A stretch of DNA of 63,218 nucleotides, filler included, from Basidiobolus ranarum (GCA_040143965.1; 13 parts of 13 records of this genome joined end to end with filler, not necessarily neighbours in it); one strand, 5' to 3'. Numbered from the whole stretch's first letter, positions 36,154 through 51,095 are shown. Notes: generated from the letters alone by a model not told the origin. A program made the numbers and translations.

Positions 36154-38914
36154 TGATTAAAGTGATTAGGGGATTTGGAAGTGTTTTGGACAAGATTAGG
36201 ATTTGTGAATTAGACACTAAAGTTTTATTGAAATGAATATGTCCTGCATATAGCTTACTATGAAATAGGACTATTGGACATGGTCAGGTTGTAACAAACA
36301 TGCCTGTTAAGTATGGGTGAAAATTTTAGGTGAATTGGCAGAGTTTTGAGAAAACAGTGAAAATTGGTAAAAGTAGTCTAATTGATACTTCTATCAATTA
36401 GAGCAATAAACACACATTTTTGAATGACAGAATTGAGTGCTAAATAATCAGAATACAAATGAAATTACTACTAAATATTAAGTTGCTCTTTACCTAATTT
36501 CAACATTCCCACTCAACTAAATATTTTTTATTTCTCATAAACCTAATGTATATCTTAATAATTTAAATTTTGATTGAGATAAAGGTATGGTTAAGATGTC
36601 AGCAGTCAATTCTTCACTAGGGCAATAGACAAGTTCAATTATACCATACTCTATTGCTTCTCTAACTAAATAATGCCTAATATCTGTATATTTGGTTTTA
36701 GCATGAAATGTTGGGTTTTTAGCTAATAAAATACAACTTTGATTGTCTTCAAATACAGTAACAGCATGTTTTTGCGCATATCCTGAGTCTGTAAAAATTT
36801 CCTTAACCACATAGCTTCTTGTGTAGTAGCAGAGGCAGCCATTTACTCTGCTTCTGTAGTGGAAAGTGCTATGGCTAGCTGGTTGCTTCTTACTATTCCA
36901 AGTTATGGCTCCATTACCATAGAGAAAAGTGTACCTGGTTGTTGATCTTCTATTATCAAGGTTTCTTTCCCGGTCTGCATTACTGTAGTCTTCAAAATTT
37001 TGTGCATCAGGTGTGGCAGGGTATTCCAGCACTAGATCTACAGTTCCTCTGAAATATCTGAGTATTTGTTTTACTGCAGTTTTGTACTCAGATCCTGGAT
37101 TTTTGAGATATTGGCTGACAGTTCCCACTACCACAGCAATATCTAGACATGTTCCAACCATTGTATATATCAAACTACCCATCATGGATCAATAAGGGAA
37201 CTCCTGGCTTTGATTTGAGTAATTTTAGGCCAAATTGGATGAAATTTTAATTAATTTCATATTGGGATATATTGGTGCAGATACAGGCTTGCTATTCTTC
37301 ATATTGAAGTGTTTTAAAAAGTCTAGGATGTATCTAGACTGATTCAGCATGATTTTCTGATTGGGGTTATCTCTCTTGATTTAGATTCCAAGAAAGTAAC
37401 TTTATTCACCCATATTAGTCATCCAAGATTGGTTTGATCAGCTGCTTTTCATCTGATTCAGAGCTTCTAGATCATTTGCAGCTATGATCAAGTTATCCAC
37501 ATATAGTGCCAAGATAAGAATCCTCTTTCCAGTTCTTTTGATTTAAATACTTTAATCTGCTGGGCATTTTTTGAATTCCAGTGACTCCAAATAGGTATCT
37601 ATCTTGTTGTACCACGCTTTAGGTGCTTGCTTGAGTCCATATAGCAATTTTTGCAGTTTACAGACCATATCAGAATGTTTGAGTCAACAAATTCATCTGG
37701 TTGCTCCATCAAGATCTCTTCTTCTGTATTTCCATTCATAAAGGCTGTTTTAAATCCATTTGATGTAGATCAAGGTTATGAATGGCTGAGAGCACCAAGA
37801 TTGATATAATGGAGCCAAACTTAGCTACTGGAGTAATGTTTCATTAAAATCAACTCCAGGAGTCTGTGAACAGCATTTTGCAACTAATCTTGCTTTGTAC
37901 CTTTTTTTATGTTTTATCATCTTGGGTTTCAACTTTGTATACCCACCTGCAACCTATTGGCTTTCTCCCTGATGGAAGAGGACTTATAACCTATGATTTA
38001 ATGTCCTGAAGCTATGAAACTCATCTGACATTGCTTTTTCCCATAAATGTGATTCTGGACATTCCAGAGCTTGATCTAGAGTCTGTGGCTTGTCACAGAA
38101 TGCTTCATAAGCATATACATCTTCATTGGAAGGGTCCCACCAGTTTCCTGGCTTATATCTCATTCTGGTTGATCTTCTGGGTCCTGAATCATCTGCTGAT
38201 GTAATTGGGACTGGAATTTTGATTGAATAGAGCTCAGATACAGCTGAAATTTGTCAGACACATCCTGAATAGTGCTGATTGTTTTTTTGGGATCAGGAAC
38301 TGCGATTTGAGATGAAACTTTTGCTTTTTCATCAAAAATCGCATCTCAACACTTGATTACTTCTGATTTTTAGTATCAAACAGTCTGTAGGCCTTAGATT
38401 CATCACAGTAACCAAGAATTATGCATTTTCTAATACACTGTGCAACCATAGATCCTGTGATGATCCACACTTTGTTTTGATACATATAGGGCTTCAAATG
38501 GGTAGAATTTTGTCGCAATCTTGTTGAGCATCTGTTTTTGATATAGACTGCAGTGGAGACAGGTTCAGCCCAATATTGGTAATTTAACTCTTGATCATGT
38601 AACATTAATCTTGCTAGCTCCACTATGGTACAATTAGCATGTTCTGCAACTCCATTTAGCTGTGAGGTATAAGGAAACAGTAGTCTGTTGCTTAATTCCA
38701 TGTATAGAGCAAACACTAGCAAAGTCTTTAGAGAAGATTTCTCCACCATTATCACTCCTTGATAAACTTACTTTTCATGTTGATTCTTTCTCTATCATTG
38801 CTTTGTAGTACTTGAACGTAGCTATGGCTTCAGATTTTGATTTGAGAAAGAATACCCAAGTATATCTTGTTCCATCATCAATAAAGGTCATAAAGTACCT
38901 TTTCCCACCTAGTG
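36154..38914 (-). mobile_element. Degenerate copia element, 3' half (integrase, RT, RNase H, PPT, 3' LTR 36154-36505)
   Basis: PYTSQLNGVAEHANCTIVE, YWAEPVSTAVYIKNR, PIGCRWVYKV, YGLKQAPKAWY, LALYVDNL, GSLIYTMVGT, AITWNSKKQ, FEDNQSCI..KTKYTDIRH. PPT TTGAGTGGGAA precedes the LTR start TGTTGAAATT. Confidence 0.92.
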
Positions 38915-40054
38915 NNNNNNNNNNNNNNNNNNNNNNNNNNNNNNNNNNNNNNNNNNNNTTAATTAATTAANNNNNNNNNNNNNNNNNNNNNNNNNNNNNN
39001 NNNNNNNNNNNNNNGTTCTACAGTTGAAGTATGGGAAAAAGTTTTAGGTGCCACTTGGGGGGATTTAAATCAACTTGAATCAATAGGATTAACTCTATAT
39101 ACTAATTTCTTTATCTCTTATTTGAATATCCATGTTACCATTGTTCAAGACCGGGATCAAGATTCCATATTGCCATTTATCTCTTTGTTTTGCGAATCTG
39201 GCTGAGGTCTTGTTCATCTACGCAGTTCCCAGTTAGATAAGCTCAGTACAAGGTGCTGTTCGCTTGCTGCAAATTTGATTCATTATTCCTAATCCCCATT
39301 TGATTTAGCAGTGCATATATATATGTGTGTGTCTATGATTCGACTGGTCTCAAATCCTTTCCAGAAGAGGCAAAGAAAGCTAATGTTGTGTTCTGGATCC
39401 GCCTTCCATCTCCCTACTTTTGTATTATCACCACCAACAAACAATTCTAATTCTAATCATCCTGACCCCCCCACTTCCTTTTGTTCCACATCCATTTTAG
39501 AATCATAACAATAAGCGATTATTGTTGGATCAGAATATTTACAATGACATATACGTTGCTACTGAGTAACATTAGTTAACCGATCAATGAATGATTAAGG
39601 AGAGATAGAGTTGACCATTCTATAGTCATTTATATTAACGCATATAGCAACAACCAATTCACTTCCCCACTTGTCTCCCCACTATAAAATCTCCAACCGC
39701 ACCATAATTTTTTTTCGCCACCATTCGCTATCACGAACTAGCCTATTCCCCTTTCGGATTTTTGAGTAACAATCTTTACCTGCAATAAGTTTTTGCTACC
39801 AAAGCACTATCTCTTTTTTACAAACTCCTGTCAAGTTTTAATTTGTGCTTTAATCTGTCTTTCGTCTCATTTTTACCTGGGGTACTCGCTCATATTCGCT
39901 TTCTATTGAACCTTCCGGCTTCTTTATATTTTCTCTCGTTTTCCACTGATTTATACTTGTACATCGACCTCTATCTTTGACATTCAAGGCGTCCTTTCAT
40001 TACTACACTTTCTGTTGCTTAATTGGGATCTTCCCTGTACTATCAGTGAACAGC

Positions 40055-41680
40055 ATGCTTGTCTCCGCTCCCGACGCTTTTAGTGTTTCCAACAAGGAAC
40101 TATCTGACAGTAGTTCTCCTAGCCAAGCAAGTTACATTCCCAGGTCCTCCAACTCGCAGCCACTTTACCGTGAGCTTGACTCTGGAAGTCTTGCCGATTC
40201 TTTCCGTGGTCAACTTGAGGTAGAGTAACATCCACCTATATTTCTTGTTGAACAGTGTTTAATATGTTGATATTTCTCTTAGCAGAAAGGAAAAGGTGGA
40301 CAAAGCAACTCGCCAAACAAATCTATATTCGACAATTATACTGCCGAGCATATGAATGTCTACGAGCCTTCTACACAGTTCGTATCCACCACTTCCGGAC
40401 CTTGGTCTCAGCCATCTGCGATGGCTCATACTCCTGCTTCTCGTAAGAATTGGTATTCTAGATTGTTTGATAGCGATCCGGTGTTTAATGGGTATGAGAT
40501 TGGCAACCAGTTGGAGCGCAACCCATTCACAGGAAGCAGCACAGAAAATGGAATGAACCGTAAGCCAACTCGTAGATCAGACAACATGAGGTGGAATGAA
40601 TCGCTACACAATACAGTTATTTCTCGTGCAGCATCCAACAACCCACCGAAATATAATCCGGCTTTTGACTCGGATATATACGCTTCGACATTCCGTCTTC
40701 TCAATGAGGAATCTAGTGGAAATCCTGAATTTCTACCTCATCCATCTCAGTATTCGGAGTATAATCAATCCCCTAAAAGAATTTCAAATCAACCGGAAAA
40801 ATATATGTCGTCTAACTGGAATTGGACGACTCCTGTCCCCAAGCCTCAAGCGCCCGCTGTTTCTATGACTCCTAATAGACATATCAGCACTGGTTACGGG
40901 AGCGCTGAGCCTAATGAGAAGGTAGTACCTTCACGTAATCAAATCGATGTCTGGAAAATCGCCAATGGATATGACAACCGGACCACATTTATGATCCGTA
41001 ACATCCCCAATCGTTACACTCAAAAAATGTTACTTGAATGTTTGGACGAAACACAGAAAGGCGAATATGACTTTGTTTATTTGCGTATGGACTTCAAGAA
41101 TCACTGCAACGTTGGATACGCGTTCATCAATTTTATTAATGTAAATGCTGTTCTCTCGTTCATTGAGACTCGGGTTGGTCGCAAGTGGAGCAAGTTCAAC
41201 TCTGATAAGATTTGTCACCTCTCATATGCCAATATCCAAGGCAAGATGGCTCTTATCGAAAAATTCCGCAATTCGAGTGTTATGGAGAAAGATCCTAGCT
41301 ATCGCCCCAAGATATTCTACAGTTCGGGACCTTTAAGAGGTATGGAGGAGCCTTTCCCTGTCCCCGGAAAACTTTTGACCTCTCAAGCTGACAAGAATTT
41401 CGAGGAAGCATATTCGTTGTCAAACAGGGTGTTCACACAGCAAGTAGATTTCAATATGCTCAATTCTGCGGTGGCTGTTCAACATCAACAGCTTTCGTGT
41501 ACCAAGCCTGCTAACAAATTAGAATGGAAAGTGGATTGGCAGGAATTCGACTCTGATACCGACTCGGGTATTTCAAACTCGTTGGAAGATCCACTTGACA
41601 ATTCGTTTGGTAACCTCACCATCTCAGGTTTAAATGGAACTGGAAATAATGCTGCTGGTCACTTTGTATGTAAAAATTAG
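40055..41680 (+). CDS. Mei2-like RNA-binding protein (C-terminal RRM3/RRM_2 only), 2 exons
   Basis: DNRTTFMIRNIPNRYTQKML, YDFVYLRMDFKNHCNVGYAFINF, FNSDKIC.LSYANIQGK.ALIEKFRNSSVM, YRPKIF. Exon 1 40055-40219 splices in frame to 40283. Confidence 0.88.
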
Positions 41681-43537
41681 ATTTGTCTTGTCTTTTTATT
41701 TGTGTACCTTCACACTTCGAACCTAGTTTTGCCCCTTATATGTTACATTCTTTGATCATTGTTTACTAATAACTCAATCAGTTTTTTTGATTTTATCTTC
41801 CTCTCTTTAGCTCTACACTTCACTTTTTGACCGACAAAAAACCAAAAAACTTTTGAAATTTTCACACCTGTCTATTTAGTTCACCTTTCTTCATTTTGAT
41901 TTTCTGTATTCCACTCTTTTCCTTGCACCCACATCAGCACTCACAAACCACCCATCGCCTCTCAAGCTTGTCAGTATGGTACTAGCACCCCCCCTCCCCC
42001 CACCAAAATAGCCTTTATTCTATCTTAGTAAGATACTTTTGTTTTGATCCACTTTTAAACTGTCATATTTCTTCCAATCTCTTGTCTTGGATGAGCGATT
42101 TACATGTTGACTATTCTATTATATGATTACTACTTTTCCCACCATAAATATTCATTCCGCCATTCTTTGCGATAAAGTCTACACTACCACCAAAGTTCTA
42201 CCTAGGCCGATAGTATGAAACAACTGCGTTATACATTACAGTTAATCAATAGCATTACCAAGATATCGGTTCCGTTAACTGCATGCATCTGATCACTTGA
42301 ATGTACAAGCAACCGTCTAACAAAATTAGGAAATCATTAATTGTACTTTGAGAAACGTTACGTGCGGATAAGTCTATTTTCATGGCGTGCTTCAGGGAAT
42401 GCATAAATACACTGTGTAACACTCAGTGATATCTGTTGATAATATGCTTGGCTAAGCCACAGTTTCTGTATCGTTTCATCGGCTGATATACTTTCCTTAC
42501 CTTTCTCGCTTACGTATTACCGTAAACTTGTATGAATTTTCACCAATTTATCTGTAAAATTTACTCCTCACCAATTGGAAATCAAACTCTTTGCCACGGA
42601 TTTCGTACCATCTTTGATAAGAGAAATAGAGATCTAGCTAAAATAGCCAATCAATCAGTCATTCTCCATGAAGATCCAATGGCGCTTGTACACTCTTATG
42701 TGATTCGTGATATGTATAGAAGTGAATATATGAACAAGTCATAACAAAAACTTAAGATATTTCATAGACGAGCATGATCTGGTTACTCTCATTCAAACTG
42801 TTAAGATACTTTAGGACATTCATTAGAGACAATCAGAACTCCATGTCCTGTTCATAGCCTTATACTCTATGCGTCACTAGTCCGCCCATGTTGACCTTTT
42901 TCAGCTCACAAACAGGATATTGAAGCCCAGATTCCGGTACACACTACTATAGGATATTGTACCTCTATTAAAACTGACTTAAGTATCCCGGAATCTCCAC
43001 TGTCGAAAAGCACTTGTCGGTTGAAATTTTTGTTGCAGTATGACTAATGGAGAAATTTTGAATTCACTTGGAAACGGTTTTACTGTTTGACTAGTCTAAA
43101 TTTGATCCGATTATTTATCTATCAATTTATATTTGGGTATCTCTCGTAATGGATTTAGCTAATGTTGAGTATCCAAGTGGCGAGTTTTTGGTATATACAA
43201 CCTAATTTCTTTCTTCCTAGACTTGTCCTTCAGTTAAGATAGGCTGAAGGAGTATGACGACTACGTCAAAGATTACTTCAATACAGATTAGTTGCAACCT
43301 ATGTACAGTGAAATTCACCAAGGGAAGAGGTGAAATCATGTCTGAATGGAGGTTCCCCAGTAAATAACTTGGAATGATAGCGTTAGTATACTCTGTTCAG
43401 AAAGAAAGAACTGTTTATTTGTTACAAGCAAGCAGAGACCAATACCTCAAAATAAGGCAAGGGGAGAATAAATTTGGCAATGGTTCAATATCAAGTGATA
43501 ATATACTGAAGTGGATGATGCCAGTAACGTAACCAAT

Positions 43538-43784
<247 letters not shown>

Positions 43785-43949
43785 NNNNNNNNNNNNNNNN
43801 NNNNNNNNNNNNNNNNNNNNNNNNNNNNTTAATTAATTAANNNNNNNNNNNNNNNNNNNNNNNNNNNNNNNNNNNNNNNNNNNNCTGGTGGAATACTAAC
43901 CCGCCACTGTCATTGAATACCAGAGATGAGACTTGAACCAACTATATTG

Positions 43950-44200
43950 CGGTGTGTCGCCACTTCTCTATAGTTGGTTTTTGAGGCTTGGTACGCATTA
44001 GATCTACAGGAGAGCCATACTAAGTAGAAGAGGCCAGGCATTCAGGTGTGACCCTGTTGAAGGTAGAGCGGAAAGCCATGTAGGTACTCGGCTTCCACTT
44101 GTTGATTTGCCACATACCATTATCTCCAATATCAGGATTCCCTTTCATACTTGGCCAATAGTGGTTTACTAATAGCAACAGTGTTGTAGAAGAGAACATC
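43950..44200 (-). pseudogene. Possible highly eroded Ty3/gypsy integrase remnant
   Basis: TTLLLLVNHYWPSM followed by frameshifted HG..L.P / W...SM-like pieces, reminiscent of the integrase zinc-binding region. Confidence 0.3.
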
Positions 44201-45362
44201 CATAGATTTCTGAATCTGTACTTGATAAGATCTAAAACTCGAAGCGTAATGGAAGTAACAGGTAATTATATCTCAACTAGGGAATAGATTTAAGATATAG
44301 CTCGAATATAGCCATAAAGTAATCACAAACTGATTTGCAACAAGACAAACTAGGACGATGTGCCAATCATCTTGCAGATAGCTAAGTATGGTTCCCTAAC
44401 CCTAATTATCCACAACCTCTATAGCTTATTGACTGTTTAATTATGACTATTGTAACGATCAAATCGAAGCTGATTCTTAATATGCATAAAAGATATCCCG
44501 AAAAGACACAACGAGCAAGCTTGTCCGTAACACCTCAGACACTCGTCATGTTTTCAATACCATTAGAGAAGATTGAAACCATCATCTTACTTCCCAAAAC
44601 ACCACATTACACCATCATGCAATTCCACTCTCAACAATCAGCAAGTTAATCGAGCTAGTTTTCTCAGGTGCTACTATTTGATTGTAAATAACTATCTCTG
44701 AAATTATTACCTTGCCTGAGCTTTTGTCACTAAGATTTGTAATTTTTGATTGCATGAGAAGGTTTTAGGTATGCTGCATTTTTCATCGAGATCTCTTTGA
44801 TGACTCTATTCTGCTGAAGTTAATTGCTCGGATTGTAGGTTTGATCCCTATACCTATGCACCTATGCAGAAGTTAGCTATTATAATTTAGTCAAATATCC
44901 TGAGCTGTATTATAAGCATATATTCAGGATATTAGTGAAATATCCAAGATTCGGGATGTTGAATTTGAAGCTTTAAAGTTGGCCACATTTATCCAAATAT
45001 AGCTTTGCCAACTCCCACAAATATCTGAGCACAACCTTCTTGCTTACCTTCTTGCCTGCTTAAGTACTCCTGCTCAAAATATGAATTCAAAATAATGGAT
45101 TAATATAACCATCTCTCAAGTCCACAAAATATCCATTTTGCAAATACTCGTTCCAATGCACCTCAAATTCTTTCAGTATATTCCAGTGTAAAAAACATCT
45201 TTCCCATTGGCTTCTGGCATCACCATTAATGCTTCAAGCTTTACAACTGGAAGCTTATAAAATTTCCATATCTCACATTTGTTAAGAATAGACAGATTGT
45301 TGCGGCCAATTTAGATTGGCAGTGAGTATGTAAGTTAGCTATTCCAGAAGTGTATCTATTAC

Positions 45363-48300
45363 CCCTATAGAAACTTGGGGATTGTTATTGTAAGAAAACC
45401 ATCACAATTTTAATCCATTTTGGATTGACCATTTGCTTACCATCATAAAATCATCAAGGTAGATTTGATTTTAATCAATTTTTTTAGTTTCAGGAGTGAA
45501 GTTTCAAGATCTTGCAAAATAGTTGCACATGATTGGTCACAATTGCAGAAAACTATGGATCAACACATATCCAAAAATGTAACTCAAATTCTACACCTTT
45601 ATCTCTTGAATGCTAATATATCACCTTTAAAATTCCTACTTTTTTTGATATATTCTTGTGAATAATATATAGAGTTCCTCATACCTAAGTTTTAGCTCAT
45701 ATCTAACACAAGTTCATATCAATATCTCCATCAAAGCCCACAATTTTATAAATATTGCTGAATCAACATTCTTCCAGCTATCTGATGAATACCCTGCAAT
45801 ATTATGCCACTCTATATTAAATTCTTCCCAGATATCTGCATAGTCAACAACAGACTAAATGCTAAGTTGAATGTTCTTTCTCTGAAGCCACCTTCTGCAT
45901 ACTTGCATTGTGTTTTTCCTTTCATACTTTTGAAAACACTTCACAAGCACTTTTACTTTTTTTATATGTCCTTTTAATATGACACTACCCAGTGTGCTTT
46001 ATGGTTTTAGGGTTACTTTTTGCTTGCCTTTAATTTTAAGGCTAATTTCAACATTTTGAAAAGTACCAGTTGAGGTTGGAGAGTCCTGCATTTTATTTCC
46101 TGGTATTTTAGCTTGTTGGGAGGTTCCAGGAGTTGGATAATATCTAACTTTTACACTCTTCCAACTGGTGTACTTGTTTGCTAGATAACATCAAGCCTTT
46201 TCTCAGTCTATCTAACTCTAATAATACAGGTCTTTGAAATGATGTGAATAATGTGGTACATAGGATAGCAGAGCCTAAAATTGCTGGCTTCTATGATTTT
46301 CCCTTGGGCTTACTAACTTCCTGCTTCTTGAGTACATCTTTGTATGCTTTTCTTTCATTTCCAAGCCAATCATTAAATAAATTTCCAAGATATATCATGA
46401 ATAGGCCTATACTAGCCCAATTGCTATTTACTAAGTCAAGAACCTTTTGACTAATGCCACTCTTTGGTTTTTCACAATAGCATCAATTCTAGGCTTTGAA
46501 GTAAAAGCCTGCTGGCAGAAAGGAAAAAAACCAGCAAGAATAGAGGACTTAATTGATGAGCATTCTAGCACTCCACTATCCACTTTGGAAGGCATTAACA
46601 TGCTGGAAACTAACTCAAGTAATGATGACGCATTAATTAATTTACCAAATGTGTTCCTTTCCAGCAATAGTGTAATTGAAGCGGTTATAATCCCCCAATT
46701 ACATAGTAAATCAATAGATGAGCAAAGTACAACAGAATCACTCTCAAGACTCTCAACTTCCAAAATGGCTACTTCGCCAACTATTGAACACTGCTCCATA
46801 GACAATGTGGATAGAATTATTACAACAAGGGAATCTCAGGCAGAACACCATAATGATTGGTATGCAATCATAAGTAGAAACTACAAAGTATTATACAGGC
46901 CATGACAAGTAGTAATGCCACAATATTGAAATTAATACAGCATTCTGAAGCAACTAGACAGCAGTTAGAGAGTCACTCAACAATGATACAAGACCTTCAG
47001 AATGCTGTGCTTGAGCTACAGCAACATGCTGCTACCTTTGTCCATTCTCATATGGGGTTTCAATCAATCTCACACCATACATATGAATGTCACCATGACA
47101 ATCTGGGAGAGCAGACTATGAGTTGGATCATTAGGCATACACAATGACCCAAAATTCTTGGGCACATGACAGTAGAAATCTCATAGAAAAACCAGCAAAC
47201 CCAAAGACTCTGAATGTCAGAGCTGCTGTCACTTGCTCTGATGAAGAGTGGTTTAATATTTTTGAAACTGCGTGGAATCATGCCTAATATTGCCTCAATT
47301 TGAGCCAATTGTGAAAAAATCAAAAACTAGGCATTACTCTGAAGGATCTTGATTTATTTCATGTGACTTACCCTGGGTTTTTGCAAGCAGATGGCAATTG
47401 GGCTAATATAGGCCTATTCTTGAAAAATTCAAAAGTGTACACAATTATTGATTTAGAAAAGAAAGAAAAGCAGCTAAAGATGTATTCAAGGAGCAGGAAG
47501 TTAGTAAACCCAAGGGAAAAGCAATGGAGACAGTGAGTGTAGGCTCTACTGTCACACTTACCAAATTCTTCACACTGTTACAAAGATCTGTATTTCTGGA
47601 GTCCAATATATCACCAGAAATACTTGTAAAATGGCTTAATCTTATTATGGAACCAAGTACTCCAGTTGAAAGCATGTGGTTGGAGAGCTGTGAGTTTTAT
47701 TTCCTGGTGTTTTGGCTTGTTGAGAGGTGCCAGGTGTTGGATAAAGTTCCAAATTTAGCACTCTACCAACTGGTATACCTGGCTCCATGGAGAAATTAAG
47801 CTTTGTGCCAGTATATCTGCCAGTGTATCTGACTCTGGAAATGCAGATCTTTGTAATGGTGTGAAGAATTCAGTAAGTGGGACAGTAGAGCCTAAACTCA
47901 CTGGCTCCATTGCTTTTCCCTTGGGTTTACTAACTTCCTGCTGCTTGAGTACTTCTTTAGCTGCTTTTCTTTCTTTTCCAAGTCAATAATTGCATACATT
48001 TTTGAGATGTTTCATGAATAGGCTAATACTAGCCCAATTGCCATTTGATTGCAAAAACCCAGGATAAGCCACATGAAATAAGTCAAGAACCTTCAAAATA
48101 ACACCTGATTTTTGATTTTTCCACAATTGGCTCAAATCAGGGTGATTTTGGGAAGATTCTGCACAGTTTCCAAAATGTTAAACCATTCATCATCAGAGCA
48201 AGTGATGGCAGCTCTGACATTCAAAGTCTTTTAGTTTGCTGGTTTTCATATGAGATTTCTACTTTTATATGCCCAGGCAATTTTGGGTTGTTGTGTAGGC

Positions 48301-48649
48301 TCAATGGTCCAACACATATTCTGCTCTGCTAGATTGTCATGGCAACATTCATATGTATGGTGTGGGATTGATTGAAATCATGTATGTGAATGGATGGAGG
48401 ATGCAGCATGTTGTTGTTACTTGAGTATATCATTATGAAGTTCTTGCATCATTGTTGAGTGACTCTCTAACTGTTCACTAGTTGCTTCCAAATGCTGCAT
48501 TAATTGCAACATTGTGGCATTATTGCTTGTCATGGCCTGTATAGCAACTTTGCAGTTGTTACTTATGATTGCATTCAAATCATTATGGTGTTCTGCTTGC
48601 AATTCCCTAGTTGTAATACTTCTATCCAAATTTTCTATGGAGGGTTGTT
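45363..48649. mobile_element. Cluster of rearranged CMC/EnSpm arms in alternating orientation
   Basis: Terminus at 45363; accessory ORF copy 46490-47147 (+). About 46800-47640 and 47790-48649 are inverted homologs. Confidence 0.75.
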
Positions 48650-48749
48650 NNNNNNNNNNNNNNNNNNNNNNNNNNNNNNNNNNNNNNNNNNNNTTAATTA
48701 ATTAANNNNNNNNNNNNNNNNNNNNNNNNNNNNNNNNNNNNNNNNNNNN

Positions 48750-49137
48750 TGACAGGCCACGTACTCCATTATCAACATCAGCACCAGTGTAGCTACCTAT
48801 ATTTAGAGCAGGGGATCTACTTAAAAACCCAGCGTCAGAATTCTCATTAAACGAGCCACTCAAAAATCCAGAAGGAGTTGTAGGACTTCCAACTGCTTTC
48901 CAGCTAGGCGTAGGCGAAACACCAGATCTAACGGGGATTGGACTTGGGATGCTTGAATTTCTCAGCATATCAGAAGCTCCGGAATCAGAGCCGTTAGAGG
49001 CCTCAGAAGTAATAGTCACAGGAATGGGAGAACGGGAAGTATCACACTAGAACAAAAGAAACGACATACATTACAGTGAGAAAAATGACATAATTGACAT
49101 AAAGAGGATTAACAAGATAAAATACCTCGGAATGCAT
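48750..49137 (-). CDS. 5' part of an unidentified gene with Ser/Pro-rich N-terminus
   Basis: Micro-exon ATGCATTCCGAG (49126-49137), GT-AG intron, in-frame exon from 49046 open to the contig end. Confidence 0.55.
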
Positions 49138-51095
49138 CTTTTGTGAAGAATAGCGTACTTTGGTCGGTTTGAAAATATGTGAGAGGTTAATAAATACTTT
49201 TCATAAGAGTAATAGAATAAACTGAGCGTACCTTATTAAAGATGAATTGGTAAGTTTGAGAGCAGTATTGGAAGATGGCAAACGAAAGAAGGCTGCGTAA
49301 TAGGTATTTCGAAAATCTATTTCACTCTACGGGAAAAAAACTACAAAATATACTTTCTGATGTACAGTCTATGGGTGGTTTTGCCTCGAAAATACAAATA
49401 CTTCTATGGAGGAAAACTGTCTCTAAAACGATACGTATTTATATTCTTAAAGCGAAAAGGCTTGCTTTCGTAATCGAACGAAGCTATTGGAAAGGTTAAA
49501 AGTTCGTAATTAGATATTGGTCGGCTACAGAGAAGCAGTATAAAAGATAGATGATAAACAGCGATGTTTTAGCGGTGAATGTAGTTACCTGGAAATCAGA
49601 GCTAGTAATCGAGGGATTTCGCGATCAACACCTTACAATGAATTAGGACTATTGAAGGGACAATTTAAAAGAGGTAAAAACAAGAAGTGATGTATAAAGC
49701 TCAAAGTAAAATGAGACCAGGAAAACTTTAGTCAAGTGCAACAAAGCACTGTATAATCAAAATAAATTTGAATGTTAACCAAGTAAGCCGAGCTTTTCTA
49801 TAAATGTACAATTAATTTGACCAATAGTAGCCTACTACTTTCCCGAGTCAATAAAAGTATCAGATGAGATTTGAGAGTTTCTCCAATAAAGAGTGAGATT
49901 TTCTCTCTAAATGGTAGAATAGAGCGGTTCCGTCGGGTTGGATTCTGTGTTAGAGCAAATAACCGTGAGTTCTGTCGCCTCTAACACTACCATGAAACGC
50001 CCACAATGCTAAAGAAAGCCCTTCAGTATGCTCAGTATGGCCCAAATTGAAGTGCTGATATCAGTCAATCACGATAGGTTTTGTTGGGGAGCGGGGGATT
50101 GAGTATGTTCCATCCAATCACTTCTTCGTATTCCAGATCCAATCTTGATGGCAACACCAATGGACACCTGGGTAGAGTATTTGAACAAATCCTCATATTT
50201 GACTAGGCTTCATCTGAGCTTGATTCTTGCTGAAGATTTGATCCCAAATTGCCATGTGCTATATATTCTCTGATTTGGGCTCCAGTATCAATTTGGAAAT
50301 CTAGAAAACATCGGAAAGCTAAATCCATCCGATTTAAGGTAGTAATCTAGGTAATCCTTATCATTATCTATTGATAGCATATTTGAATTGAGCCCCATAA
50401 TGCATATGCTCTTTGGTTTGACTGAGCTTTAATGTCCCTTTATTGGCACTGGCTTGACTGAGCTTGTCGGATGCCCTCCCAAAAGAGGCACTGACTTCTT
50501 GTTACCGAATATGAGCCACTAAAGTCAGGTATCTTGGTTCACTTCGATAATATCGATGTCCTGCTTCAAGTGGAGAATATGACAAAGAGATAGTGTATGC
50601 ATTTGAACAAGTCGCATGATTGGTATCACCGACCAGAGCTCAGGTAAAAGTAATTCCACTGATGCTTAAGCAATCCAACAGGCACCCCTAATCCAAAAGG
50701 CGGTAAAATCCTGCTTTAATTGTAGGATTATACAGTAGATAATGACCTAGCAAGATATTAATCTATTTAATTTCTTCTCTTAATCAAGCAATTTAAGGAA
50801 AGTTTGGCATATTCGGGTTTTAAGCTATGTGTACGTACATGGAATCTATTAGAGATCACAAACAAGCTTGAATGTGTTCCAAAACCTTAAAAGCATTATC
50901 TCATTTTATGGCACGATTACTTTAAAAAGATCAAGTGCCTTTAGTTGCCTAGTTGATCGTATATTAATTTGGCTGAATCTGACCCACTTTTTCTGGTATT
51001 TAACTCAACTTATTTTTAGGAAGGCAACACCAGTTCAATTTCTCAATACCCTCACTATAAAATAGAAGTGGTATTTCCCTAGAAGATTGTGTATT

